A stretch of DNA of 62,820 nt, counting the filler, from Stramenopiles sp. TOSAG23-3 (Eukaryota), in the NCBI GenBank assembly GCA_900128585.1. It is 34 parts of 34 records of this genome, joined end to end, with 100 filler letters (N's around TTAATTAATTAA, not from the genome) between each part and the next. Parts side by side here need not be neighbours in the genome. Positions count along the whole stretch, not along the records: positions 24,153 to 25,904 come from LT645440.1; positions 26,005 to 27,756 come from LT645441.1; positions 27,857 to 29,608 come from LT645442.1; positions 29,709 to 31,459 come from LT645443.1; positions 31,560 to 33,310 come from LT645444.1; positions 33,411 to 35,159 come from LT645445.1; 28 more parts are not named here. One strand, 5' to 3'. Under the pieces are notes generated by a model, which was not told where the DNA came from, did no database searches, and was given only the letters and a program-made list of their open reading frames with translations. How positions within the stretch are numbered: the first letter of the stretch is position 1; the number at the start of each line of letters is the position of its first letter. The position numbers were made by a program, and so were the translations under genes. This document shows, piece by piece, positions 24,154 to 34,876 of this stretch.

Positions 24154-25791
24154 GGGCACCTCTTTGACAGCGGCTTTATTAACAAGACCCTGGACATAAT
24201 TGAGGCCGATGGGGGCGAGTTCTACCTTGTCGAAATGGATGTTCGACCAAACAGCGAAATGGAGTTCAAAAGTAGCGCAGACATTCAGATAACGATGCCC
24301 GACGGGAGGAACGGCGTCAACGACGTCCTGAAGAAGCTCAATGCCCTCGCTCTGGTCGACCCAACCGCGGAAGCCATGATAACTGAGATGCCGTTCGAGT
24401 ATTGCAGCGGAGACTATTCGAAAACATTGCACGGGGGTGCGCTGCAGACAGAGAAAATTTTCAAAGACCCGCCGTCCATGACGTTTGGGACGAACCCCTT
24501 AGATGCCCGAAAGAAAGTCCTGATCCTTGGGGCCGGCCTTGTGTCCGCCCCCGCCGTGGAGTATTTGTCCCGGAAGAACTTGGTCACGGTCGTCTCCGGC
24601 ATTGAGGGTGAAGCGTCCGGCCTGGTGTCTAAAGTAGGAAGGAACGATGTCAATGCTGAAACTGTGGACGTCTCCCAAGACTCGGGGAGAATTATGGAGT
24701 TGGTGGAAAGCAGCGACGTCGTCCTTAGTCTGCTCCCCGCGCCAATGCACGTCCCCGTTGCAAAGATGTGCATTGGTTCCAAAACGCCCCTGGTCACCGC
24801 CAGTTACGTGAGCGAAGAAATGCAGTCGCTGGACGAGGAGGCAAAGAATGCGAGCATTCCAATCTTGTGCGAAATGGGGTTGGACCCAGGAATGGATCAC
24901 ATGAGCGCGATGAAAATTATTGACGAAGTGCAGGAAGACGGAGGGTATATCAAGTCCTTCTCTTCGCTCTGCGGCGGTTTGCCTGCGCCTGAGGCCGCAA
25001 ACAACCCCCTGCGTTACAAGTTTAGCTGGAGCCCGAGGGGGGTGATTACAGCCGCTCAAAACAACGCTCGCTACTTGCAGGAGGGGAACGTCGTAGAGGT
25101 CGATGGGCAAGATTTATTGCGCAGTGCCGAAGTGGCAGACGTGGTTCCAACGCTCTCCCTAGAGCAGCTCCCAAACCGGGACTCGATGCCCTATGGGGAC
25201 ATATACGGTATTTCCAGCGCGGATACCGTGTACCGTGGAACGCTACGGTACGCTGGTTGGTCCAGCATTATGTATGATTTTAAGAAAAACGGACTTTTGG
25301 AGATGGACCAGACCCTCCCAGAACACGCTCGTACGTGGAAAGACGTTATGGAATCCTTAAAAATCAGTGACGCGACCGTTGACACCAAAACGCACGAGTG
25401 CTTGTCGTGGCTTGGCGCGATGAACGAAGAGTTGAGCGACGACGCGCTTTCTCAGCCGTCTATCGGGGACGCATTTTGCTCCCTTCTGCAGGATAAGCTG
25501 GAGTTTGGATCCACTGAGCGCGACATGGTCCTGATGAGGCATGATTTTGAAGTAACGTACGACGATGGGCGTGCCGCGGAAAGAAAATCTTCTCTCCTGC
25601 TCGACTATGGTGACCCGAATGGGGACAGTTCTATGGCTCGCACGGTGGGACTTACTATCGCTATCGGCGCACAGCTTGTCCTGGACGGTGGCGTCAGCTC
25701 TTACGGTGTGCTACTCCCAACCACCCCTGACATTTATATCCCTTCCTTGAGCATGCTAAAGCGCGAAGGCCTGGATTTTCTCGAGTCTTAA
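24154..25791 (+). CDS. AASS: Bifunctional lysine-ketoglutarate reductase/saccharopine dehydrogenase: interdomain and SDH part (5' partial)
   Basis: GHLFDSGFINKTLDIIE interdomain at contig start; ILGAG, TASY, EMGLDPGMDH, CGGLPAPEAANNPL.YKFSWSP, RGTLRY. Confidence 0.93.
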   Translation, partial: GHLFDSGFINKTLDIIEADGGEFYLVEMDVRPNSEMEFKSSADIQITMPDGRNGVNDVLKKLNALALVDPTAEAMITEMPFEYCSGDYSKTLHGGALQTEKIFKDPPSMTFGTNPLDARKKVLILGAGLVSAPAVEYLSRKNLVTVVSGIEGEASGLVSKVGRNDVNAETVDVSQDSGRIMELVESSDVVLSLLPAPMHVPVAKMCIGSKTPLVTASYVSEEMQSLDEEAKNASIPILCEMGLDPGMDHMSAMKIIDEVQEDGGYIKSFSSLCGGLPAPEAANNPLRYKFSWSPRGVITAAQNNARYLQEGNVVEVDGQDLLRSAEVADVVPTLSLEQLPNRDSMPYGDIYGISSADTVYRGTLRYAGWSSIMYDFKKNGLLEMDQTLPEHARTWKDVMESLKISDATVDTKTHECLSWLGAMNEELSDDALSQPSIGDAFCSLLQDKLEFGSTERDMVLMRHDFEVTYDDGRAAERKSSLLLDYGDPNGDSSMARTVGLTIAIGAQLVLDGGVSSYGVLLPTTPDIYIPSLSMLKREGLDFLES

Positions 25792-26414
25792 TTCTCACCG
25801 TCGGCGGAACAGAGCGTTTAGCGGTCTAGCACGAAGTTTTACGCTTCTTACGAAGCAACGAGAAGTAAACTTAGGAGCTACGATATGACATGAAAAACAA
25901 ATTANNNNNNNNNNNNNNNNNNNNNNNNNNNNNNNNNNNNNNNNNNNNTTAATTAATTAANNNNNNNNNNNNNNNNNNNNNNNNNNNNNNNNNNNNNNNN
26001 NNNNAGAAGAAATCTCGGAATTCGTTCTTCAAATGCTTTTCCTTTGCTGTGTTGATATAAGTTTAACCACCACAAATTTCTTCGCGGACGATTGCTCCAC
26101 AATAATTATTTTCGCTCTCCTTCTTTGCTCAAGATGCTGTGTTCTTATTACTCTCAAGGGACACATTCTTCTTCACCATCCATACTTCACCTTGGTTTAT
26201 TTGGTATTATGCGTCTAGTCCTCGAGTACGAACATGTACGTACACATTTCATCCGGTTTCAAGATGACTTCAGGAATGAGAGAAGAAAGACAAGACTTGA
26301 ATCTATTGAAACAGCTGTATATTTATTTTATTTCTGATAATTCATTCAATTTTACAATAAACACTGTTCGTTCCACATCCAACCCACCTACCTATCCTTT
26401 CCTGCGACTAAGCA

Positions 26415-27680
26415 ATGGTAGAACTCAACCAACAACATACATCTTCCTTGAAGAAGAAAGAAATCAAACCAGATACCTCATCAAACAACAGCTCATCATC
26501 TGAAGATGATAGCGCAGAGAGAAAAGCAGAGCGCAAAAGACTAAAGAAATTAAGCCGTGAAACGGAGAGTCCAAAGGAGAAAGCTGAGAGAAAAGCGGCG
26601 AAAAAGGAAAGAAAACTGTTGAAGCGAAAAAGAAGTGCCGACGGTGAAAGTGTACCGTTGCAACTGAACACTGAAATTGCTGAAAACACTTTCAAAAACT
26701 TGCTGGACGATGAAAAAGCGTTGAAGAAAAGGAAGCAATCGTTGCCAGAGCAGGGCGAAACGGTGGACCCGGTCGAGTTTCGAAAGCAAAATAATATGAC
26801 CATCGTAGGCAACGAAGAAAGTGGAACCCATCGTCCATACCCATGCCCTGCACCAGTTTTAACGTTTAAGAAAGCGCCGTGCATAAACGATACGCTGTTG
26901 AACATTTTTAAAGAATCTGGGTTTACAAAGCCGTCGCCGATTCAATCCCAAGCTTGGCCTATTTGCATGGAAGGCCGTGATATCATTAGTGTCGCGCGCA
27001 CTGGTAGTGGTAAAACACTTGGGTTTTTGATGCCAACGTTTGCGCAGATCAAGCGTGTTCAAAAGTTGCCTGTTGTGCTAAGTCAAGATGAAAAATACGG
27101 AAATAATGGTGCAAGCAACAACAACGGTGCTTGCAAACCCTTAGCAGTTGTCTTGGCACCAACACGCGAGCTAGCAATGCAAATTGACGTTGAAGCGGCA
27201 AATTATGGCCGTGCACTTGGAATTCGCTCCGTATGTATATATGGCGGTCAATCAAAATGGTTTCAAATTTCCCAGATGCAAAGAAAGAAGCCACAAATTA
27301 TTATCGCCACTCCAGGAAGGCTGAATGATTTGTGCAATCTAAAGAAAATCAATTTAAAAAATGTTGCCATCCTTGTCCTGGACGAGGCGGATCGTATGTT
27401 GGACATGGGCTTTGAGCCACAATTGAACGAAATTCGCGGTCATATGTCGCCGCAAGTCGCAAGCAATAACCGGCCGCTCCCCAGTTCCGGCAAGTGCGAT
27501 CGTTTCAGCCGCCAAACAATGATGTTCACAGCTACGTGGCCAAAATGCATCGAACGTATTGCAAGTACTTTGTTGCACAATCCCGTGCAAATTAACGTTG
27601 GCAACGTTGGTGTCCTTGTAGCAAACGAAGACGTAACTCAACAAATTATTGTCTTGGATGAAAGAGATAAAAAAGAGAAG
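26415..27680 (+). CDS. DEAD-box RNA helicase (Dbp2/Dbp3-like), N-terminal RecA domain only
   Basis: Q motif GF.KPSPIQ, ARTGSGKT, PTRELA, TPGRL, DEAD, TAT. Similarity stops near 27680. Confidence 0.9.
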
Positions 27681-28234
27681 TTGTTGTTGTTTCAATGCTG
27701 TGTTTATATAATTATTTCTTTTTCTTTTGTTGTTGTTCTTTCAAAAGTAGAAGCTGNNNNNNNNNNNNNNNNNNNNNNNNNNNNNNNNNNNNNNNNNNNN
27801 TTAATTAATTAANNNNNNNNNNNNNNNNNNNNNNNNNNNNNNNNNNNNNNNNNNNNGTGTTTTCGAGGTATGAACTTTACTTGTTTATTTGTAGACACTC
27901 TCTTGCCCAATCTTAATAAAAAATAAAACGAAAAATTTGGCTGTTATTTTAAGTAATTAAAATATATCTTCTTCATATACCGCGAAAGTGCATCTGCTCC
28001 TTTTGTCCACTAAAGGTTTACGTTCCTTCATATACTGCGGACTTAAAAAAACAAATTATATATCATAGTAACTTATATGTTTAAATATTTAAAGAGCAGA
28101 TCATAGATTAACGTTTGTATATTTATAGTATGTAAGGAGATTGGTGAAAACAATCGATACAAAAGTACGCCCCCGCGCGATGGATACCCCACGGCAGAGC
28201 ACCATCTCTTCAGTAGAAAGATGCCGCGGGGTCC

Positions 28235-28744
28235 TTAGCATTTGCACATGCCTTTTGCACAGTTCTTTATCATAGTTCGTGCAAACGGGATGTACGAGGC
28301 ACAGTACCAGAACAAAGCTATCATCTGACCGATCACAAGAACTGCAATCAACAACCCGGATTTAAGTGTAAAACATACTATAAGCGTCAAGACGAGAAAT
28401 AATAGATAAATCCCGGTAGCAATGCGTCGGACGGGCTTCCACATGTTCTTGCACTGGCTTTTGAAGCCCCAAAGAAACCCGGTGCTTAGCATCGCGACGA
28501 TATTGCCAAGGGAGTACGGAATGGCAAACGCCGAAGGGTCTTTCACTGCGCTGTGCTTGGAACCTGGAATCCACGCCAACGTTCCGATAAAAGTTAAGAT
28601 ACCTCCTGCTATAAAGCAAGCACCGAAGCCCCACAGTCGTTGCTGGTATGTAAGGTTAGGCATGCAACCGTCCTCTTTATGAGTAAAGAAGCCGCCGCCG
28701 CCGCCTTCATTGTTGTTTCCTCCCATTAAGTCACTGAAACCCAT
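28235..28744 (-). CDS. SFT2: Vesicle transport protein SFT2/Got1 family
   Basis: LTYQQRL.GF..C, FAI.YSLGNI, Q.KNM..P.R, WYCASYIPFAR; four TM helices; complete. Confidence 0.92.
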   Translation of the reverse strand: MGFSDLMGGNNNEGGGGGFFTHKEDGCMPNLTYQQRLWGFGACFIAGGILTFIGTLAWIPGSKHSAVKDPSAFAIPYSLGNIVAMLSTGFLWGFKSQCKNMWKPVRRIATGIYLLFLVLTLIVCFTLKSGLLIAVLVIGQMIALFWYCASYIPFARTMIKNCAKGMCKC

Positions 28745-29982
28745 CTTTCTTTCTTTTTCTTCGTAAAACGTTTATATAATTTACCAATTCAATAAACTTT
28801 GTTATTTAGACTAATATATTGTTTTTTAACTCGGTTTATCCCCTTCGAAAAAACACTTATTCCTCTTTCTTTTCGATTCAATCCACATGTAAGAAATAAA
28901 TAAAAGACACTCTTCGTAATCGTAAAAAAAATTACGTAAAAAAAGATTGTTCTGAGATGATTAATTCTTATTCTTTTTTTTTTTTAAATTTTATTATTTG
29001 AAGAAGAAGAAGAAGAAGAAAGAAGAAAGAAGAAGAAGAAGAAGAAGAAGAAAGAAGAAAAAGAAAGAAAGAAGAAAATAAAAAATTGAATGAAAAGAAG
29101 ACGACAGACGGAGTTTTATTCAAAATTACCTATAAATAGTGTACTAGCTACATGAATATAAATACGAATGCTGTGCTGCGCTGATTTTCGAAATAATTAA
29201 ATAAATTTCGAATTTTCTATATATTTTTTATTAGTCGTCTTCTACTAGCTTCTAGAGACTATTATTATTTATTTGGAGGAATGTAAAATATAAATTTATC
29301 ATCACACAAACAAAACAAAACTTTTCTTGCTATTGTTGGTTGGGTGGGAAGCTATACAATTGAGCATTGGTTCTACTTCTAAAAACGAACCCACAAGACT
29401 GTACCAGATTTTACTATGTAGAAAGTCTTTCGTCCATCCTTGTAGACAAATTGATTGATTATTTGGAAAACTTTACGAAGGCGATGGGGCGCAAAGATAG
29501 AAATTCCAATATTCCGAACCGGAGGCAAGGAAACACAAACCGAATGTCAGCGGGGAAGCGGCAGAAGTGGCTTGGGAAGAAGGATAAACGGGTCGGGGGG
29601 GTGGCGGGNNNNNNNNNNNNNNNNNNNNNNNNNNNNNNNNNNNNNNNNNNNNTTAATTAATTAANNNNNNNNNNNNNNNNNNNNNNNNNNNNNNNNNNNN
29701 NNNNNNNNGAGCGTAACTCGTGCGAGTTTCGAATGGGAGTTTGGGGGTTTCTTTTGTTCAACTTTACCGTCTCAAAACTTTTTAGTCCCTTCACTTCTTG
29801 TGATGCGTTGTGCAGTGAGAATGATTGAGTGGCTATCGTAACAAAACTTTTTAGTGGTTAAAACTTTTCTTACCTATTATGGTCTTATTTGGTGTTAGTT
29901 AAAAAAAAAAAGATCCCCCCATATACTACTTTTCATTGCAAATTTCGTTTCCCGGCACCCTGGCGCCGTTGCCGACCAAACT

Positions 29983-30705
29983 TTACTGAAACTGCTCCAT
30001 CAAAGCAGAGATCTGGCTCTGCAGGGACGACAAATGGCTCAGCACCTCTTGCTTCGACTCGTCCGTCAAATTCTTTGCTGCCTCCGGGTCACTGGCATCA
30101 ATGTTCTTCCCAGTCACCGCATCCGTCAACTCCAGCTCGATTTTAGGGATAGCCAAGTCGTCCCCTTTGGTGGCATTGCTCTCGTCCTCGTTCCCCACCC
30201 TCCGCTGTCGCCGAACGAAGGACGTCTTGATGGCGCTAAAGGCGGCCAACGGTTTCGTGGCCATGTTCACAGACGGGGTTTGCGGTACAAACACTCTAGT
30301 TGCGCCTCCTAGTCGGCTGGTAGCAGAGGTGGCTCTGTCTCGAATGACGGCCCGAACGTCGCAGTTATACTTTCTTTTGAACTCCTCCATCGGCATAGAC
30401 TGCACGTGCTTCGGCAAGCGCATAATTTGCAGCGCAAAGTCGTTCTCAATTTTCGTCGTAAACATTTTTACCTTCTCTGTCATCTTTTCAATTCTCTCCT
30501 CTAGTTCCAATTCCCCACCCTTAATGATGTGCTTTAACTTCTCCTGAAGCACACCCCTTTCCGATCGATCTGACGCAGGCGCATTCTCGTCGTTGACATG
30601 GGCACCATCGCTAACATCCTTACTAATACTATTATCATCCACACCACCAACCATGGCCCCGGCGGTCCGCTGTCGTTTTCTTGGAGAATCCTCAGTGCTC
30701 GCCAT
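29983..30705 (-). CDS. Borealin/Nbl1-like chromosomal passenger protein
   Basis: ELEERIEKM...IENDFALQIMRLPKHVQSMPMEEF fits the Nbl1/Borealin N-terminal helix; PQTP motif. Confidence 0.65.
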   Translation of the reverse strand: MASTEDSPRKRQRTAGAMVGGVDDNSISKDVSDGAHVNDENAPASDRSERGVLQEKLKHIIKGGELELEERIEKMTEKVKMFTTKIENDFALQIMRLPKHVQSMPMEEFKRKYNCDVRAVIRDRATSATSRLGGATRVFVPQTPSVNMATKPLAAFSAIKTSFVRRQRRVGNEDESNATKGDDLAIPKIELELTDAVTGKNIDASDPEAAKNLTDESKQEVLSHLSSLQSQISALMEQFQ

Positions 30706-31631
30706 CTTTGCTTTCTGGAACAAACCTACTTACTACCAATGGAAATCAACCCCCCTTGTATAAAATATGTATTGTTAAGTGAGCGTCTTTAAAAAATGAA
30801 TTTCTTCTCTTTCCTTTTGTCCCATACAATCGTATTCAAACATTTAAAAAAGCTTAAAAATCGTTTATAACCTTTTTTGTTATTCATCATTTTATTTGAA
30901 CTTTCAACTCTCCTCTTTCTTTTCTTCTTTCTTCTTCTTATTTTTTTTTATTATTAATAAAATAAAATTATTATTAATTATTATTATTTGAACATTCTTC
31001 TTCTTTGCCTTCCCCTTCCTTCTTCTTTCCTTCCTCCTTCCTGTTGTTTTATTTATATATAAAACTACCTACCAGAAGAGTATTATTAATGTAGAATTAA
31101 ACGAGGAGGTCGAGAAATAAATATTTAACATCATCACACCATGATGGGTTTTACTTTCATTTTTTCTTTTTTTTTCAAAAAAAAAAAAATACTTTTTTTT
31201 CTTTTTGAATTTTTTAATATATATTTGCCTATCATAAAATATTAGAGACTACTTAAAACCAAGTACAAGTACCGAACACACTTCTTTGTTATTTATACTT
31301 CCTACTATTAGCCCTACTCTTAACCCAAAACATATTCGTGTTAAATTGTAGGGCTTAAAAGAGAATGAGGTGATGCTTTCCTTTCTTTTAGAAAAACAAT
31401 TATTATTGTATTGCTTTCCATCTTTCTTCTTTTTTTATTTATATAAATTATACTACCAGNNNNNNNNNNNNNNNNNNNNNNNNNNNNNNNNNNNNNNNNN
31501 NNNTTAATTAATTAANNNNNNNNNNNNNNNNNNNNNNNNNNNNNNNNNNNNNNNNNNNNCAATATACAATCGTGCGCATTTAACGCAATTGAATACTTTT
31601 AGAGCTATATAAAGCCACAATTTTAATCAAA

Positions 31632-33310
31632 ATGAAGACCTGTGCCAAATGCAAACAAAGCAAAGAACGCACGGAGTTTCACAAGGCTACTGGACGAGGA
31701 GATGGACTTAAACACCAATGCAAAGTGTGTAGGAATGCATCGTCTAGAAAGTGGAAACAAATCAAGCGTGAGAAATTAAAGAAGATTCGTGACAATGAGA
31801 TTCGGAAACCAAGATTCGTAACCCAATATGTCGATAAACCGCTGAGCGTAGAGCAAATTGAACGCCTTAAAAGTAGGGTGGTTAAATGTGCTGGCAGAAG
31901 AAAGCATTGTTGTCATCGCCCAAAGAAATTTGGAAAATTTGAAAAAATTTGGGCACATAATCTTGCAGCACTCGAAGCGTGGAAAAACAAGAACGGCAAA
32001 GGGCTGGATCCGGAACCCTCGTGTGTCATACCACAAGGCGAAGGGAAGAAACCTCTCATGTTGGGACGTTGGTGCGATTACCAAAGAAGTAGATACAGAA
32101 ATACCATGAAGGGCCCTAATGAGAAAAAACTAGCCTGTGGATATCTGAGCGCAGAAAGAATTGAACGCCTTGAACGTATTGGGTTTAATTGGGTCGACAA
32201 GAATCTCCTTTGGAAAAAGGTTTGGGAACATAATCTTGCAGCACTCGAAGCGTGGAAAAACGAGAACGGCAAAGAGCTGGATCCGGAACCCTCGTGTGTC
32301 ATACCACAAGGCGAAGGGAAGAAACCTCTCATGTTGGGACGTTGGTGCGATGGTCAAAGAAGGAAATACAGAAATACCAAGAAGGGCCCTAATGAGAAAA
32401 AACTTACCTGTGGATATCTGAGCGAAGAAAGAATTGAACGCCTTGAACGTATTGGGTTTAAATGGCGCAGAATCTTCGAAGAGCAGAAATCTCGATCTCG
32501 TTCAAAGTATCACAGTTGGGAACGCGGGTTTGCAGCACTCAAAGCATGGAAAAAGGAGCACGGCCAAGACCACGCGCACGGCCACGACGCGCAATGGTGT
32601 GGAAAGAACAAAAATGGTGTCAATTTAGGAAAATGGGTCCTTCGCCAAAGATGGAAATATGCATATGCCACGCGGAACCCTGTTGAGATACATAAAAATT
32701 ATCCACCACATACTGCAGAACAAATTGAACGCCTTAACAGTATTGGGTTTCATTGGACTTGGCATGCCTTGAAGATATCTTGGGAAAAATATTTTGCGGC
32801 ACTCGAAGCATGGAAAAAGGAGAACGGCCAAGGTAGGGACCCACCATCGAAATTGATCATACCACGAGGTGAAGGGGGGGGGCATCTTAATTTGGGACAA
32901 TGGTGCAGTAGACAAAGACAAACATATACAAATACCATGAGGAGCCCTAATGAGAGAAAACCAATTGGAACTCTGAGCGCAGAACAAATTGAACGCCTTG
33001 AACGTATTGGGTTTCAATGGCGCATTGTTCAATGGCGCAGCGCTCGTTCAAAGAAGCGGGACGAAGCTTGGGAACGTAACCTTGCAGCACTCGTAGCGTG
33101 GAAAAACGAGAACGGCAAAGGGCTGTGTCCGAAACAATGGGGGGGGAAGCATTATAAGTTAGGAAAATGGTGCAGACGCCAAAGACAAAAATATATAAAT
33201 ACCATGAGGAGCCCTAATGAAAGAAAACCAACTGGAACTCTGAGGGCAGAACAAATTGAACGCCTTGAACATATTGGGTTTCAATGGGAAGTTACAACTG
33301 GGTCATCGTC
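31632..33310 (+). CDS. Zinc finger plus five helicase-associated (HA) domains (3' truncated)
   Basis: KTCAKC..K...F...DG....CKVC, then five W...AL.AWK..NG...LG.W...QR...E.IERL..IGF repeats; first two are near-identical 273-bp units. Confidence 0.88.
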
Positions 33311-33901
33311 NNNNNNNNNNNNNNNNNNNNNNNNNNNNNNNNNNNNNNNNNNNNTTAATTAATTAANNNNNNNNNNNNNNNNNNNNNNNNNNNNNNNNNN
33401 NNNNNNNNNNATCCCAATACTCAACTTTTCTTAATCTAAAATTTTATTCTGGTGCTTGCTTTCCAGTCTCATGCACTTGGTCTTTCACCTCCAGAAAGGA
33501 ATTGTGCTGAAAATGTGTATTTCTCCCGTTTCTTGCATTTAGAAATTTAGTAGAAAGTAAGAGTATTCACACTCTTCATGCAAGCGTTTGATCAATTTTT
33601 AAGGTCCGTTTGAGTACCTTGAACCTGTCATTTGATAGGAAACGATCAATATTACAATACAATATTTCCTAACAATATATAACCAGCACAACCTGAATAT
33701 TTATCTCCATTGATCGCCAGCCGGCTACTCTTTCCAAGAGATCACAGCACCGGGAACAGATTTTTCTTTCTGTGGTGGCTTTCTGTTCTCGATCGTGTGT
33801 GGTAGCTTTCTATTCAAATTTTATTCATATTATATATACTGTAAAATCCTATCTACATACAACAAGAACACATCGTAGCAGAGGGTCCTTCCCAATGCTC
33901 C

Positions 33902-34120
33902 TCCGATGTAGTGTAGTGTAAGTTTAATACAATTACAGCGCTTTACATAGGACAATTTCTAACATAAATCAATTCAACAATTACAGTGGTCAGCATTTCT
34001 GCCTTTCACGCAGGAAAGTACGTATAATAACCGTCAGAGCAGGATTTCTAAAAAGAATCATCTCTAACAACAATTCCCCCATCAAATAAAATAGCCCGGG
34101 TTCGAATCCCGGCATCGGAA
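33902..34120 (+). tRNA. tRNA-Glu(TTC) split by two GT-AG introns; exons 33902-33917, 33987-34017, 34095-34120
   Basis: Joined exons give 73 nt: acceptor TCCGATG/CATCGGA, D-arm GTGT-AGTTGGTCA-GCAT, anticodon arm TCTGC-CTTTCAC-GCAGG, variable AAAC, T-arm CCGGG-TTCGAAT-CCCGG. T-run follows at 34131. Confidence 0.9.
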
Positions 34121-34593
34121 AAATCCTTAATTTTTTTCTTTTTGCAATGCTATTCCGATGGTATAAATTCATATTTTAAGGCCACTACACGAAAGAAGTA
34201 CTAAATTAGTAGTGTAATATACGTAGATAGGTAATAAAATACACCCTACCGTCAATTAATCGTAGTGTAATGTATTTTAGATAGGGAGAATGCTGTATTT
34301 ATTTTATTGATTCTTCACTATTCACTATTTCCTGCACCCAACACTTGGATTAAGGTCTCGATATTTTTTTCAGGTTAATCAATTGATTTTTTAAAATCTC
34401 AATGCTCTGTGGTGTGTATATATTCGTTTACGGCAAAAGTACTTCATGAGAATACACTCTGGATTTCTCATTCCTATGCTGTGCCTACCTTACCTGAACT
34501 ATATAGTATATATAGTTAAAATTTCGACGCTATTTCAATAGTAAACGCTACATACTGTGCTAGCACAGTGTGTCAGTTAGGTTAACTCCTAAC

Positions 34594-34876
34594 TCCCATG
34601 TAGTGTAGTGTAAGTTTAATACAATTACAGCTTTACATAGGACAATTTCTAACATAAAATAATTCAAAAATTACAGTGGTCAGCATTTCTGCCTCTCACG
34701 CAGGAGAGTACGTATACATAAGCATCAGAGCAGGTAAAGGACCATCTCTAACAATCATCCCCCCTATCAAATAAAATAGCCCGGGTTCGGTAAGTACAGT
34801 AAAGAAAAAGACTCCTATTAAGCATTCTCTAACGAAAAACCGTATCTTCCATAATAACAGAATCCCGGCATGGGAA
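34594..34876 (+). tRNA. tRNA-Glu(CTC) split by three GT-AG introns; exons 34594-34609, 34677-34707, 34780-34789, 34861-34876
   Basis: Joined exons give 73 nt: acceptor TCCCATG/CATGGGA, anticodon loop CTCTCAC, variable AGAC, T-loop TTCG|AAT restored only after removing intron 34790-34860. T-run follows at 34883. Confidence 0.9.

Noticed and set aside
33600-33645. U3 snoRNA 5' end (GTACCTT...TCATTTGATAGGAA)
   Set aside because: Only loose resemblance; boxes C', B, C and D not found.
33990-34172. 60-aa minus-strand ORF containing MPGFEPG
   Set aside because: Antisense reading of the tRNA T-arm, not a protein.
33918-34860. Inserts as endonuclease-type (canonical/BHB) tRNA introns, group I introns or prophage att duplications
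   Set aside because: None is at 37/38, no BHB pairing was evident by eye, all are too short for group I, and all five carry GT/CTAAC/AG signals.
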